Shown: piece by piece, positions 9,505 to 21,111 of the stretch
Layout of the letters: each line of letters opens with the position of its first letter
Position numbering within the stretch: the stretch's first letter is position 1
From: Nitrosospira multiformis ATCC 25196
GTDB lineage: Bacteria; Pseudomonadota; Gammaproteobacteria; Burkholderiales; Nitrosomonadaceae
NCBI RefSeq assembly: GCF_000196355.1
Contig: NC_007614.1
Span: 120,001 to 152,000, forward strand
DNA length: 32,000 bases
Direction: 5' to 3'
Position numbers and translations under genes: made by a program
Notes under the pieces: generated by a model
Databases searched by the model: none
Told to the model about the DNA's origin: nothing
What the model saw: the letters and a program-made list of their open reading frames with translations, nothing else

Positions 9505-9767
9505 TGGGTCGCCGGCACTACCAAACCCCCAATACGAGGTATCCGACTCCTCGAACTTGTAGCCGCATTTAGTGCAGGTGTCATAGTGCTTGGACGCAAG
9601 GCGTTCTAGTTCGATGGGAATTTTGTCATCAGGCCTTGACCCAAGGCGTCCTATTTGAAAAGTAAATTCTTTATTAATTATGGGAATCCTTTATTACCTA
9701 TTAAAAACGAAGAAAAAGGTAGGGCGGTGGAGAGGTCATTATCCGTGATAAGGTCTGCGTGGGCTTC

Positions 9768-9983
9768 CTAAACTAGGTTGACCGCCTTTGGTGTCATGTC
9801 ATCATTAACATCAATGTATAGCTGAGCAGCCGCAATACTCTGATGTCCAGCTAAGGACATTGATACCCGAACTCCGACTCCTTTGCTTGCCAAGTTTGTA
9901 ATGAATGAGCACCTGCCGCTGTGACTCGTAGCACTGTCAATTCCCGCTTTTAAGTAGATAGCCTTGAATCCATTTCCTTTCAA
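9768..9983 (-). pseudogene. C-terminal fragment of a tyrosine recombinase/integrase
   Basis: SHSGRCSFITNLASKGVGVRVSMSLAGHQSIAAAQLYIDV carries the HxxR, (G)H and catalytic Y pattern; only 71 aa. Confidence 0.75.
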
Positions 9984-10115
9984 TGGTTTATAATACAGTA
10001 CGTTGCATAATAACCCGTGTTTTATAGAAAGATTAGGTTACTGCTCGAGCACAACTTCTTATCTAAAAGGAGGTTCCATGTACATGTATATAGCCAAAAA
10101 TAATATGATATTTAT

Positions 10116-10132
10116 TGTCATATAATAGGACA
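10116..10132. repeat. 17-bp imperfect palindrome at the island/comM junction
   Basis: TGTCATATAATAGGACA: TGTC/GACA outer arms and TAT/ATA inner arms, one mismatched pair. An extra TGTCA copy lies at 10136-10140. Confidence 0.6.
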
Positions 10133-10807
10133 TAGTGTCAGGAGACTATGACTGCCTGCCGCAGCAATTTCGAGCGCCCGCTTGGCCTGTGCCTGTCCTT
10201 TGACCTCTTCCATGCCGGGATAGCGAAGCGCACTTCCCTCACCCTCGCCTGTACCCGCATCCCTCTCCGCATGAAGCGAATAAAGCTGCAGAGGTTCACG
10301 CCCGGCAAGGTGGGCGCAAATCTGGAGCAGGGAAGTTGCGGGGTAAACTGCGGCTTCTCTGACCAGCGCTGCCTCTGCCGCATTTTGTTCAGGGAGCACG
10401 AAGCTGCGGCCCGAGCGGGCGGCACCATAAGTCATGGCGAGCGCCCCGCGGATGGCCCGCAGTTCTCCGGTCAGCGCCAGTTCTCCCGCCCATTCATAAT
10501 GGCCGAGCTTGTCCGATGGAATCTGGCCGGTTGCGGCCAATATACCCAACGCAATCGGCAGGTCGAAGCGGCCGCTTTCCTTGGGCAGGTCAGCCGGGGC
10601 AAGATTGACTGTGATGCGCCGAGGCGGAAATTCGAAGCGTGTGTTCTGCAGCGCGGCCCGCACGCGATCCTTGCTTTCCTTTACTTCCGCTTCCGGCAGG
10701 CCGACGATGGTAAAGCCCGGGAGCCCGTTGGCAATGTGAACTTCCACTGTTACCAGTGGCGCCTCCATGCCAGCGATAGCGCGGCTATAGAGAACAGCGA
10801 GCGGCAT
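10118..10807 (-). pseudogene. comM: ComM (YifB/Mg-chelatase-like AAA ATPase), truncated N-terminal portion
   Basis: MPLAVLYSRAIAGMEAPLVTVEVHIANGLPGFTIVGLPEAEVKESKDRVRAAL... is typical ComM. The match ends at AAAGSHSLL, where the Walker A region should follow; foreign sequence and a stop follow. Confidence 0.9.
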
Positions 10808-10912
10808 GCAAAAAAATTCTCAACCGGAATGAATCATCTGATACAGATAATAAACGGCAGAGTTGAGCATTTCTTGCGTGTTTAAAAACTGATGTAAAAT
10901 CTGGATAGCGTC

Positions 10913-11215
10913 TTACTCCGTCTCCGACAGATCATCCAGCGTTTCCGGGGGAACGTCCAGGGTGTTGGGCAGGGGGCCGCTCTTCGCAGCGCTTTCCAAT
11001 GCTGCCACCCGTGTTTCGAGCGCGATCAGCTTTTCACGCGTGCGCTTGAGCACCTCCTGCTGTACCTCGAATTCTTCGCGCGTTACCAGGTCCAGGCGGG
11101 TGAACACCGCTCCAAGCATGACGCGAAGATTCTTCTCGACATCCTTCACCGGGCTTTGCGCCACCAGTTCATTGACTTTGGTTACAATTTCATCCAGTAC
11201 TTTCTGATTAACCAT
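10913..11215 (-). CDS. ubiK: ubiquinone biosynthesis accessory factor UbiK (BMFP/YqiC family)
   Basis: 100 aa, VMLGAVFTRLDLVTREEFEVQQEVLKRTREKLIALETRVAALE coiled-coil typical of the family; adjacency to comM is common. Confidence 0.85.
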   Translation of the reverse strand: MVNQKVLDEIVTKVNELVAQSPVKDVEKNLRVMLGAVFTRLDLVTREEFEVQQEVLKRTREKLIALETRVAALESAAKSGPLPNTLDVPPETLDDLSETE

Positions 11216-11311
11216 AATTCCTCCTGTTTCCGCTTCGCCACCGGACCGGTGAGAAGCGATACTTGATGTTAAAATCTCATACTTCGATCAAATAGGCAAT
11301 CAGCAGATTAT

Positions 11312-13076
<1,765 letters not shown>

Positions 13077-13189
13077 ACTGCCTCCTGCCACCTCCCGGCG
13101 CTCCGGAATCAGGCGGGAGCGGGATCAGGGAAAAGAATGGGCCGATTTACTTTGCTTTATCATTCAGATACTGTAAAAATGCTTGCTAA

Positions 13190-14512
13190 ATGACCCCCGT
13201 TAAATCCTTCGCCGATCGTCGCCACTCCCTGGCATGGCAAATGCAGGAAGGCGTTGCCATCATTCCCACTGCCCCTGAGCACCTGCGGAACCGGGATGCG
13301 CATTATCCTTACCGTTTCGACAGCTATTTCTATTATCTGACGGGCTTTACCGAGCCGGAGGCAGTGCTGGTGATCGTAGCCGGGCCCGTGGATGGGGTAT
13401 CGAAACACATCCTGTTTTGCCGGGAGAAAAATGCCGAGCGAGAGATATGGGATGGGTACCGTTATGGCCCCGAAGCGGCCCGGGAAGCGTTCGGGTTCGA
13501 CGAGGCCTATTCCATCTCTGCACTGGATGAGCAGTTGCCCAAGCTGATTGCGGGACAACCGGCAATCTATTACTCGCTGGGTCACGACGCGGCCTGGGAC
13601 AGGCGGGTAGTGGGGTGGATCAATGAAGTGCGGCAACAGGTGCGCAGCGGCCTTACTCCCCCCGAGGACATTCGCGATATTCGCCGGCTGCTGGACGAGA
13701 TGCGTTTGTTCAAAAGCCCGGAAGAGCTGCAGGTTATGCGCCAGGCGGCACGGATTTCGGCGGGTGCGCATCAGCACGTCATGCGGAAAACTCGCGTTGG
13801 CATGAGGGAGTATGAAGTGGAGGCGGAACTGCTGCGCGAATTCCGCCGCCACGGAGCTCAAGCGCCGGCTTACACCCTGATTGTTGCCGGGGGAGCGAAC
13901 GCTTGCGTGCTTCATTATGTCGAAAACAAGGACAGGCTGAATGAAGGCGAATTGTTGCTGATCGACGCAGGCTGCGAACTGGACGGCTATGCATCTGATA
14001 TCACGCGTACCTTTCCGGTCAACGGAAAATTCAGTGCGGCACAAAAGGATTTGTACGAACTGGTGTTATATGCCCAGGCGGCGGCGATAGCCGAGGTAAG
14101 GCCCGGTAATTCCTGGGACGCTCCGCACAATGCAGCCATTGCCGTACTCTCGCAGGGCTTCATTGAATACGGTCTGTGCCGCGGCAGCCTGGAGGAGGTA
14201 GTGGAAACGGAAGGCTACAAGCGTTTCTATATGCACCGCACCGGTCATTGGCTGGGGTTGGACGTGCATGACGCCGGGGAATACAAGCAGAATGGAAGAT
14301 GGCGCGCTTTACTCCCGGGAATGACCCTGACAGTGGAACCGGGGTGTTACATCCGCCCTGCGGATGATGTACCCGCCCATTTTCATAATATCGGCATCCG
14401 TATCGAAGACGATGTTACGGTAACGGAGGAGGGGTGTGAAGTATTGACGTCAGCTGCTCCAAAGATGGTGGATGAGATTGAAGAACTGATGCGACGGCGG
14501 AAATCGAAATAA
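13190..14512 (+). CDS. pepP: Xaa-Pro aminopeptidase (aminopeptidase P)
   Basis: Metallopeptidase M24 motifs LLIDAGCELDGYASDITRTFPVNGKF, HRTGHWLGLDVHD, LTVEPGCYI. Confidence 0.93.
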   Translation: MTPVKSFADRRHSLAWQMQEGVAIIPTAPEHLRNRDAHYPYRFDSYFYYLTGFTEPEAVLVIVAGPVDGVSKHILFCREKNAEREIWDGYRYGPEAAREAFGFDEAYSISALDEQLPKLIAGQPAIYYSLGHDAAWDRRVVGWINEVRQQVRSGLTPPEDIRDIRRLLDEMRLFKSPEELQVMRQAARISAGAHQHVMRKTRVGMREYEVEAELLREFRRHGAQAPAYTLIVAGGANACVLHYVENKDRLNEGELLLIDAGCELDGYASDITRTFPVNGKFSAAQKDLYELVLYAQAAAIAEVRPGNSWDAPHNAAIAVLSQGFIEYGLCRGSLEEVVETEGYKRFYMHRTGHWLGLDVHDAGEYKQNGRWRALLPGMTLTVEPGCYIRPADDVPAHFHNIGIRIEDDVTVTEEGCEVLTSAAPKMVDEIEELMRRRKSK

Positions 14513-14856
14513 TGGATGAAAACCCTCGAATAGTTATCAGACGCATAACCCGCGATGGACGCACGGGAGCGCCGGAAGAGTCCCTCTTCAGAGCGGGTGG
14601 AGGGGGTGGTCGTTTGCTCACCTATCTGTTTCTGGTCCCTGTGTTTATCGTCATGGCAGTCCTGGGCATTTTCTTTTTTACCGCTTTTCTTGCATTATTT
14701 GCGGTCGCCGCCGGTGGTCTCGCATTCCGTATATGGTGGTTGCGACGCAAGTTGCAGAAATCCGGGCAGGCCGCGGAAGGAGATTATGTTGTCATCGAAG
14801 ACGCGGAAATTGTCGAAGAGCGCGTTGACAAGACAAAAGGCCGCCAGGGGCAGTAG
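14512..14856 (+). CDS. hypothetical membrane protein
   Basis: ATGA overlap with pepP stop; hydrophobic stretch YLFLVPVFIVMAVLGIFFFTAFLALFAVAAGG. Confidence 0.75.
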   Translation: MDENPRIVIRRITRDGRTGAPEESLFRAGGGGGRLLTYLFLVPVFIVMAVLGIFFFTAFLALFAVAAGGLAFRIWWLRRKLQKSGQAAEGDYVVIEDAEIVEERVDKTKGRQGQ

Positions 14857-14928
14857 TGCTCAGCAGCAGTGGCAGCCAGGAGTAACCAGGGGCAATAACA
14901 GAAATCCGCTTCACAAGCCAGCTTTTCC

Positions 14929-16236
14929 ATGATCGACGCTCAATATCAATATGACTACGACCTGATCATCATCGGCGGCGGTCCGGTGGGCATGGCGTTG
15001 GCTCTCGCCCTACGGAACAGCGGGTTGTCGGTGCTGTTGCTGGAGGCGCGCGGGTTGCCGGAAAAAGCGGAAGACCCGCGTCCTCTGGCATTATCCCAAG
15101 GCAGCCGGCTTGTCCTGCAGCGGCTGGGTGTCTGGAAGGCGCTATCCGACGTTACTCCTATCTTCACCATTCATGTCTCCAACCAGGGAGGGCTCGGCCG
15201 AACCGTGATGATGGCCCGTGAAATAGGCGTGCCCGCGCTGGGATACGTAGTGAATTACGATGAAGTGTTCCGTGCAATGCACAAGGCCCTTCAAAAGTGC
15301 AAAATGGATTACCTGACAGGAGCGCAGGTAACCCATATGGAAGCAAGCGACGGATTTGGACGGGTGGAATTTGAACATGAGGGGATAACAAAAAAGGCAA
15401 CAGCCAGGCTGCTGGCCGTGGCCGACGGGGGCCGTCTCACCGCACAGATCGAAGGCATCACGCAACAGGTGCATGACTACGAGCAATGGGCGATTGTTGC
15501 GCGTGTAAAGACCGAGCATTTTGAGGAGCATTTGGCGGAGCAGGTTTCCAGAACAGAATTATCAGATGCAAAACAGTCGCTTGCGCGAGTTCGAACGAGA
15601 CCGGGAATGCGGTCCTTGCAGGCCAAGGCTGCGGAGGATGCTCCTAGAAGCCATCAACCCGGTGTGGCTTATGAACGCTTCACTCCGGAGGGTCCCGTTG
15701 CACTACTGCCCGCGGGCGACGGCTTTGCACTGGTATGGACCATCTCTCCCGACAGGGTGCAGGAAATTCTCGGGCTGGATGATGCCGCCTTTCTTGAGCG
15801 GTTACACGGCCATTTCGGCGATCGTCTCGGCAGATTTGTTGAAGCCGGCAAGCGCTCCGGTTTTCCCCTTGCACTCAAGTACGCGACTCCTGTCACGGCC
15901 TCTCGCACCGTGTTGATTGGCAATGCCGCCCAGACGCTGCACCCGGTTGCCGGACAGGGCTTCAACCTGGGGCTGCGCGATGCGTGGGAGCTGGCTGAGG
16001 AAATTATGGCATTTCCTGCGGAAACCGGTACACCTGCCATGCTTGCCCGCTACAGCAGCAAGCGCCGGTTGGACAGCAACATGGGACGTACCTTCACGCA
16101 CTCGCTGGTTAAACTCTTTTCCAACGGCAATCCCTTTTTGAGCACGGTGCGCGGCGCGGGGTTAAGTGCGCTCGATTGCCTGCCACAGCTCAAAAAGTTC
16201 GTTGCGCGGCGCATGATATTCGGTGCAAGAGGTTGA
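14929..16236 (+). CDS. ubiH: UbiH/UbiF/VisC/COQ6-family FAD-dependent monooxygenase
   Basis: YDLIIIGGGPVGMALALALRNSG Rossmann motif and RTVLIGNAAQTLHPVAGQGFNLGLRD FAD motif of the UbiH family; follows pepP. Confidence 0.85.
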   Translation: MIDAQYQYDYDLIIIGGGPVGMALALALRNSGLSVLLLEARGLPEKAEDPRPLALSQGSRLVLQRLGVWKALSDVTPIFTIHVSNQGGLGRTVMMAREIGVPALGYVVNYDEVFRAMHKALQKCKMDYLTGAQVTHMEASDGFGRVEFEHEGITKKATARLLAVADGGRLTAQIEGITQQVHDYEQWAIVARVKTEHFEEHLAEQVSRTELSDAKQSLARVRTRPGMRSLQAKAAEDAPRSHQPGVAYERFTPEGPVALLPAGDGFALVWTISPDRVQEILGLDDAAFLERLHGHFGDRLGRFVEAGKRSGFPLALKYATPVTASRTVLIGNAAQTLHPVAGQGFNLGLRDAWELAEEIMAFPAETGTPAMLARYSSKRRLDSNMGRTFTHSLVKLFSNGNPFLSTVRGAGLSALDCLPQLKKFVARRMIFGARG

Positions 16237-16543
16237 TCCCGGGGATGAAGTTGAGATCGCCCGAGCATGCACGCCCCCGTCCGTTCGTGAAGCGCAAAAC
16301 GGATAAGGGTCAGAGCGGTTTGGCGCAAGATAACGCGCCGGAAAAGGCTGCACGCGCATGGCGAAATCTGCTTAAATCTGCTTTCCAGCAACGGGATTTG
16401 CTTCGCCATGAATCGGCTGGTACTCTCTCCTTGCCGCGGCAGCTCTGCTACCGAGGCCTTATCGAAAGCGGCAGGGCTGCTACCCTAATCTGCAATAGCT
16501 GTTAGAATTACGTCCATTCTCATCCCTTGCCCGTCGCCGCACT

Positions 16544-17578
16544 TTGGCGGGCCAGTTCAGAATCATGAAAATCGGTTCTCATACTCTCAAAAACAACCTT
16601 ATCGTGGCGCCTATGGCGGGAGTGACAGATCGCCCGTTCAGGCAATTGTGCAAAAGCATGGGCGCCGGAATGGCTGTGTCCGAAATGGTGTCGAGCAATT
16701 CGCTCCTCTGGGGTTCCGAGAAGACACGCCGCCGCGCCAATCATGAAGGCGAGGTGGATCCGATCTCGGTGCAGATCGCCGGCGCCGACCCGGCGATGAT
16801 GGCGGAAGCTGCGCGCTACAATGTCGCGCAAGGAGCCCAGATCATCGACATCAACATGGGTTGCCCTGCCAAGAAGATTTGTAATGTCATGGCAGGCTCT
16901 GCATTGCTGCAGGACCCGCCGCTGGTCGGGCGGATTCTGGATGCCGTCATAGGCGCGGTGAGGGTGCCTGTCACCCTCAAGATTCGCACGGGGTGGGATA
17001 CCCAGCACAAGAATGCGCTCTCCATTGCCCGCATTGCGGAGAATGCCGGCATCCAGGCGCTTGCTATCCATGGACGTACGCGCGCCTGTGCTTACACCGG
17101 CCATGCCGAATACGATACCATCGCGGCAGTCAAGGCTGAGGTGCGGATTCCCGTTGTCGCCAATGGGGACATTACAACACCGGAAAAAGCAAAACACGTG
17201 CTTGACTACACGGGAGCGGATGCGGTCATGATCGGCCGCGCAGCACAAGGCCGCCCCTGGATTTTTCGCGAGATCGATCACTATCTGGCTACCGGCTCAC
17301 ACCTTCCGCTGCCTGAAGTAGCGGAGATTCACCGTGTACTCGTCGCACATTTGCACGATCTATATAGCTTCTATGGCGAGTATTCGGGGGTCCGCATCGC
17401 CCGCAAGCATATTTCCTGGTATACCAAAGGACTGGTCGGGTCAGCGGGTTTCCGTCATGCCATGAACCAGCTGCAGTCTACGGACCAGCAGCTGTCTGCG
17501 GTTAACGACTTTTTCAGTGAGCTTGCCGGCTACGGGCGGCGGTTGACCTACGTCGAGGCTGAGGAACTGGTGGCATGA
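16544..17578 (+). CDS. dusB: tRNA-dihydrouridine synthase DusB
   Basis: VAPMAGVTDRPFR, INMGCPAKKICN, IHGRTRACAYTGHAEY, GDI; followed directly by fis. Confidence 0.95.
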   Translation: MAGQFRIMKIGSHTLKNNLIVAPMAGVTDRPFRQLCKSMGAGMAVSEMVSSNSLLWGSEKTRRRANHEGEVDPISVQIAGADPAMMAEAARYNVAQGAQIIDINMGCPAKKICNVMAGSALLQDPPLVGRILDAVIGAVRVPVTLKIRTGWDTQHKNALSIARIAENAGIQALAIHGRTRACAYTGHAEYDTIAAVKAEVRIPVVANGDITTPEKAKHVLDYTGADAVMIGRAAQGRPWIFREIDHYLATGSHLPLPEVAEIHRVLVAHLHDLYSFYGEYSGVRIARKHISWYTKGLVGSAGFRHAMNQLQSTDQQLSAVNDFFSELAGYGRRLTYVEAEELVA

Positions 17579-17817
17579 GCATAATTAACGAAAACGATAT
17601 CGCGCGGTGCGTACGCAAAACGGTCGAAGATTACTTTAACGATCTCGACGGGGAGAAGCCGCATGCCATCCATGAAATGGTGATACGCAGCGTGGAAAAG
17701 CCCCTGATCGAACTGGTCATGGAAAGAGCCGGGGGTAATCAAACCCGTGCCGCCGAATTGCTCGGCATCAACCGCAATACGCTGCGCAATAAAATGAAGC
17801 AGTATCAGATCAAATAG
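17575..17817 (+). CDS. fis: Fis family nucleoid-associated/transcriptional regulator
   Basis: C-terminal GGNQTRAAELLGINRNTLRNKMKQY; ATGA overlap with dusB. Confidence 0.95.
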   Translation: MSIINENDIARCVRKTVEDYFNDLDGEKPHAIHEMVIRSVEKPLIELVMERAGGNQTRAAELLGINRNTLRNKMKQYQIK

Positions 17818-17926
17818 ACGCTCGGGCAAAATTGTCGTTACGCGCCTGAAGGTCAGCCGCAAGCGGGCCAATTAACGGTTGTAATGCATCACGCTACAGA
17901 CCCATCCTGATTCAATAAAAATACGA

Positions 17927-19489
17927 ATGTCGATTAAACAGGCCCTGATCAGTGTTTCAGATAAAAGCGGTATTGTCGAGTTTGCTCAAGCGCTGCACAA
18001 ACTTGGAGTAACCATTCTGTCAACGGGCGGCACCGCCAGACTTTTGAGGGATGCCGGCGTTGCCGTGACCGAGGTCGGGAGCTACACCGGCTTTCCCGAG
18101 ATGCTGGATGGGCGGGTCAAGACCCTGCATCCAAAAATACACGCGGGAATTCTGGCCAGACGGGATTTGTCCGAGCATGTGTCCGCGCTGGAAAAGGCGG
18201 AAATTCCTGCCATCGATCTGGTAGTAGTGAATCTCTATCCTTTCAGCCAGACAGTGGCGCAGCCGGATTGCAGTCTGGAAGAGGCCATTGAAAATATCGA
18301 TATCGGCGGCCCGACCATGGTGCGCGCTGCGGCCAAGAACTACCAGAGCGTGGCCGTAGTCACCGATCCGGCGGATTACCCCGCGTTACTTGACGAGATG
18401 AAGACTGCCGGCGGCGAGGTTACGCCTGAGTTCCGGTTCCGGCTGGCGTGCAAGGCGTTTTCGCATACAGCCGCCTATGATGGGGCGATCAGCAACTACC
18501 TCACCTCCATCGAGGGGGAAAATGCACAACGTCGTACCTTTCCGGAACGCCTGAATCTCAATTTCAGCCTGGTGCAGCCTCTGCGCTACGGGGAAAACCC
18601 GCATCAGCAGGCCGCCTTTTACCGCGATCCGCAACTCGTTCCCGGCAGCCTTGCAAGCTACAGGCAGTTGCAGGGCAAGGAGCTCTCTTACAACAACATC
18701 GCGGACGCGGATGCCGCCTGGGAATGCGTAAAGACGTTTGATTCCCCGGCCTGTGTCATCATCAAGCATGCCAATCCTTGCGGCGTGGCAATCAGCGATT
18801 CGCCGCTCGCGGCTTACAAGCTTGCATTTGCCACCGATCCCACTTCCGCATTCGGCGGCATTATCGCTTTCAATCGCACGCTGGACGCCTCGGCCGCCGA
18901 GGCGGTGATGAGCCAGTTTGTCGAAGTGATCATCGCGCCGCAAATGACCGACGAGGCAAGGCAGATGCTCGCGCGCAAAGCCAATGTGCGCGTGCTGACC
19001 GTGCCGCTCCAGGCGGGGAACAACGCCCACGACTTCAAGCGAGTGGGTGGAGGATTGCTGGTGCAGACTCCGGACAATCTCAACGTTACCCCTAACCAAT
19101 TGAAGGTGGTGACCGAAGTCCAGCCAACAGCGCAGCAATTGCAGGACCTGCTGTTTGCCTGGCGGGTGGCGAAATTCGTCAAATCGAATGCCATCGTCTT
19201 TTGTGCCAACGGCCGCACGCTTGGCGTGGGCGCCGGACAGATGAGCAGGGTGGATAGCGCGCGCATTGCCTCCATCAAAGCCGGGAACGCGAACCTCACC
19301 CTGGCAGGCTCGGTAGTGGCATCCGATGCCTTCTTCCCTTTCCGCGACGGACTGGATGTCGTCGTCCAGGCGGGGGCGGTGGCGGTCATCCAGCCGGGGG
19401 GCAGTGTGCGGGATGAAGAGGTTATCGCTGCGGCGGATGAACAAGGGGTGGCAATGGTATTTACCGGCGTGCGCCATTTCAGGCATTGA
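17927..19489 (+). CDS. purH: bifunctional AICAR formyltransferase/IMP cyclohydrolase
   Basis: [58 protein letters not shown]; full length. Confidence 0.97.
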   Translation: MSIKQALISVSDKSGIVEFAQALHKLGVTILSTGGTARLLRDAGVAVTEVGSYTGFPEMLDGRVKTLHPKIHAGILARRDLSEHVSALEKAEIPAIDLVVVNLYPFSQTVAQPDCSLEEAIENIDIGGPTMVRAAAKNYQSVAVVTDPADYPALLDEMKTAGGEVTPEFRFRLACKAFSHTAAYDGAISNYLTSIEGENAQRRTFPERLNLNFSLVQPLRYGENPHQQAAFYRDPQLVPGSLASYRQLQGKELSYNNIADADAAWECVKTFDSPACVIIKHANPCGVAISDSPLAAYKLAFATDPTSAFGGIIAFNRTLDASAAEAVMSQFVEVIIAPQMTDEARQMLARKANVRVLTVPLQAGNNAHDFKRVGGGLLVQTPDNLNVTPNQLKVVTEVQPTAQQLQDLLFAWRVAKFVKSNAIVFCANGRTLGVGAGQMSRVDSARIASIKAGNANLTLAGSVVASDAFFPFRDGLDVVVQAGAVAVIQPGGSVRDEEVIAAADEQGVAMVFTGVRHFRH

Positions 19490-19748
19490 ATTCAAGCATT
19501 GAATGCATGGAAAAAGCGGTTGTTCAATGCCGGCCGAGCCACCTCTCCCATACCCGAACCCCGCATAGCCCTCCTTTTGGGTCGATAGTGCGCAATGCAA
19601 TGCTCAATGAATAAAAATTTCTTTGTTTCCTGGTTATTGATTTTTGCTTTTCTATGAATCCCTCGATCAACCCAACCCATTATCCGCTAGAGGCGGATAG
19701 CACAGCCCGATTCGCAAGGGGACTCCTTGCAGTTCTGAATCCAGAGAT

Positions 19749-21056
19749 ATGAAACTACTTGTAATCGGTGGTGGTGCCAGAGAACACGCCCTCGCGTGGA
19801 AGCTGCTGGATTCCTCGCGCAGAAGACTTCCTGCGACCGTATTTGTCGCCCCGGGCAATGCGGGTACCGAGCTCGAAAAAGACCTGAAGAACGTGCCCAT
19901 CACCACCATCCCGGAGTTGATCGAATTCGCCAGAAAGGAATCGATCGCGTTCACTGTTGTGGGGCCGGAAGCCCCCCTGGCGGAAGGTATCGTCGATGCC
20001 TTCCGTTTCGCTGGCCTGAAGATCTTCGGTCCTACCCAAAAGGCAGCACAACTGGAAACTTCCAAGGATTTCGCCAAGGCTTTCATGGGCCGCCATGGCA
20101 TTCCTACCGCAGACTATGCCACCTTCAGTTCCGCTGCCAAGGCGCACCGGTATATCGACAAGAAGGGCGTTCCCATCGTGATAAAAGCGGACGGCCTGGC
20201 GGCAGGCAAAGGCGTGGTCGTGGCGGTGACGCTGGAAGAAGCGCATGCCGCCGTGGACAAGATGCTGGGGGGAAAGTCGGGCAAGGCAGGACCGAAGATC
20301 GTGATCGAAGAATTCGTGGAAGGCGAAGAAATCAGTTTTATCGTCATGACTGACGGTCGTCACGTTTTGCCGCTGGCCAGCAGTCAGGATCACAAGCGCC
20401 TGAAGGATGGCGACGAGGGACCTAACACCGGAGGCATGGGGGCCTACTCGCCCGCTTCCTCAATTACCCCCACTCTCCACGGGAAAATAATGCGGGAAGT
20501 CATCCAGCGCGCGATAAGCGGGATGGAAAAGGAAGGCGAGCGCTACATCGGTTTCCTTTATGCCGGGCTCATGATTACCCCAGACGGGGGCATAAAAGTG
20601 CTCGAGTTCAATTGCCGCATGGGCGATCCGGAAGCCGAGGTTATCCTGCTGCGCCTCAAGAGCAATTTTATCACCCTCATCGAGCATGCCCTGTCCGGGA
20701 ATCTGGACAAGATAGAGGCCGAGTGGGACCGGCGCGCTGCTCTGGCGGTGGTTATGGCAGCGAGTGGATACCCGGATTCTCCCCGCAAGGGCGATGCCAT
20801 CGAAGGGCTGTCCGCCTTGCCTGCAACGTTGCCTGTGGAGAGAGACTATCATGTTTTCCATGCGGGAACCGCCCGGGGCGGCGAAAACGGGGAAGAGATC
20901 GTGACGGCCGGTGGGCGCATTCTCTGTGTGGCTGCCTTGGGCGACAACTTCAGGATGGCTCAGCGACGTGCTTATGAAATCGCCGAGCAGATTCACTTCG
21001 ACGGTTGCCAGATGCGACGTGATATCGGGTATCGGGCTATTAACCACCGTAAATAG
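19749..21056 (+). CDS. purD: phosphoribosylamine-glycine ligase
   Basis: [58 protein letters not shown]; full length. Confidence 0.97.
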   Translation: MKLLVIGGGAREHALAWKLLDSSRRRLPATVFVAPGNAGTELEKDLKNVPITTIPELIEFARKESIAFTVVGPEAPLAEGIVDAFRFAGLKIFGPTQKAAQLETSKDFAKAFMGRHGIPTADYATFSSAAKAHRYIDKKGVPIVIKADGLAAGKGVVVAVTLEEAHAAVDKMLGGKSGKAGPKIVIEEFVEGEEISFIVMTDGRHVLPLASSQDHKRLKDGDEGPNTGGMGAYSPASSITPTLHGKIMREVIQRAISGMEKEGERYIGFLYAGLMITPDGGIKVLEFNCRMGDPEAEVILLRLKSNFITLIEHALSGNLDKIEAEWDRRAALAVVMAASGYPDSPRKGDAIEGLSALPATLPVERDYHVFHAGTARGGENGEEIVTAGGRILCVAALGDNFRMAQRRAYEIAEQIHFDGCQMRRDIGYRAINHRK

Positions 21057-21111
21057 CGGTGGACGGGGTGGAAGAAAAAACTCAGCAGCAAACAGGTGTA
21101 TGGGAGATCGG

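Noticed and set aside
10148-10885. 245-aa plus-strand ORF opposite comM
   Set aside because: The minus strand clearly encodes the ComM N-terminus; the plus ORF is a shadow frame.
13160-14044. 294-aa ORF on the minus strand
   Set aside because: Antisense to pepP with no recognisable motif.
16520-17281. 253-aa ORF on the minus strand
   Set aside because: Antisense to dusB; low-quality composition.
19485-19515. Local repeat GCATTGAATTCAAGCATTGAATGCATGG after purH
   Set aside because: Short tandem similarity spanning a stop codon; no sign of a functional array or binding-site set.
18386-19600. 404-aa ORF on the minus strand
   Set aside because: Antisense to purH, which has full-length family motifs; long shadow ORFs are expected in GC-rich coding DNA.
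20911-21111. 5' extension of the hemF ORF
   Set aside because: It overlaps the end of purD and does not resemble HemF; ATG at 21112 gives the normal N-terminus.
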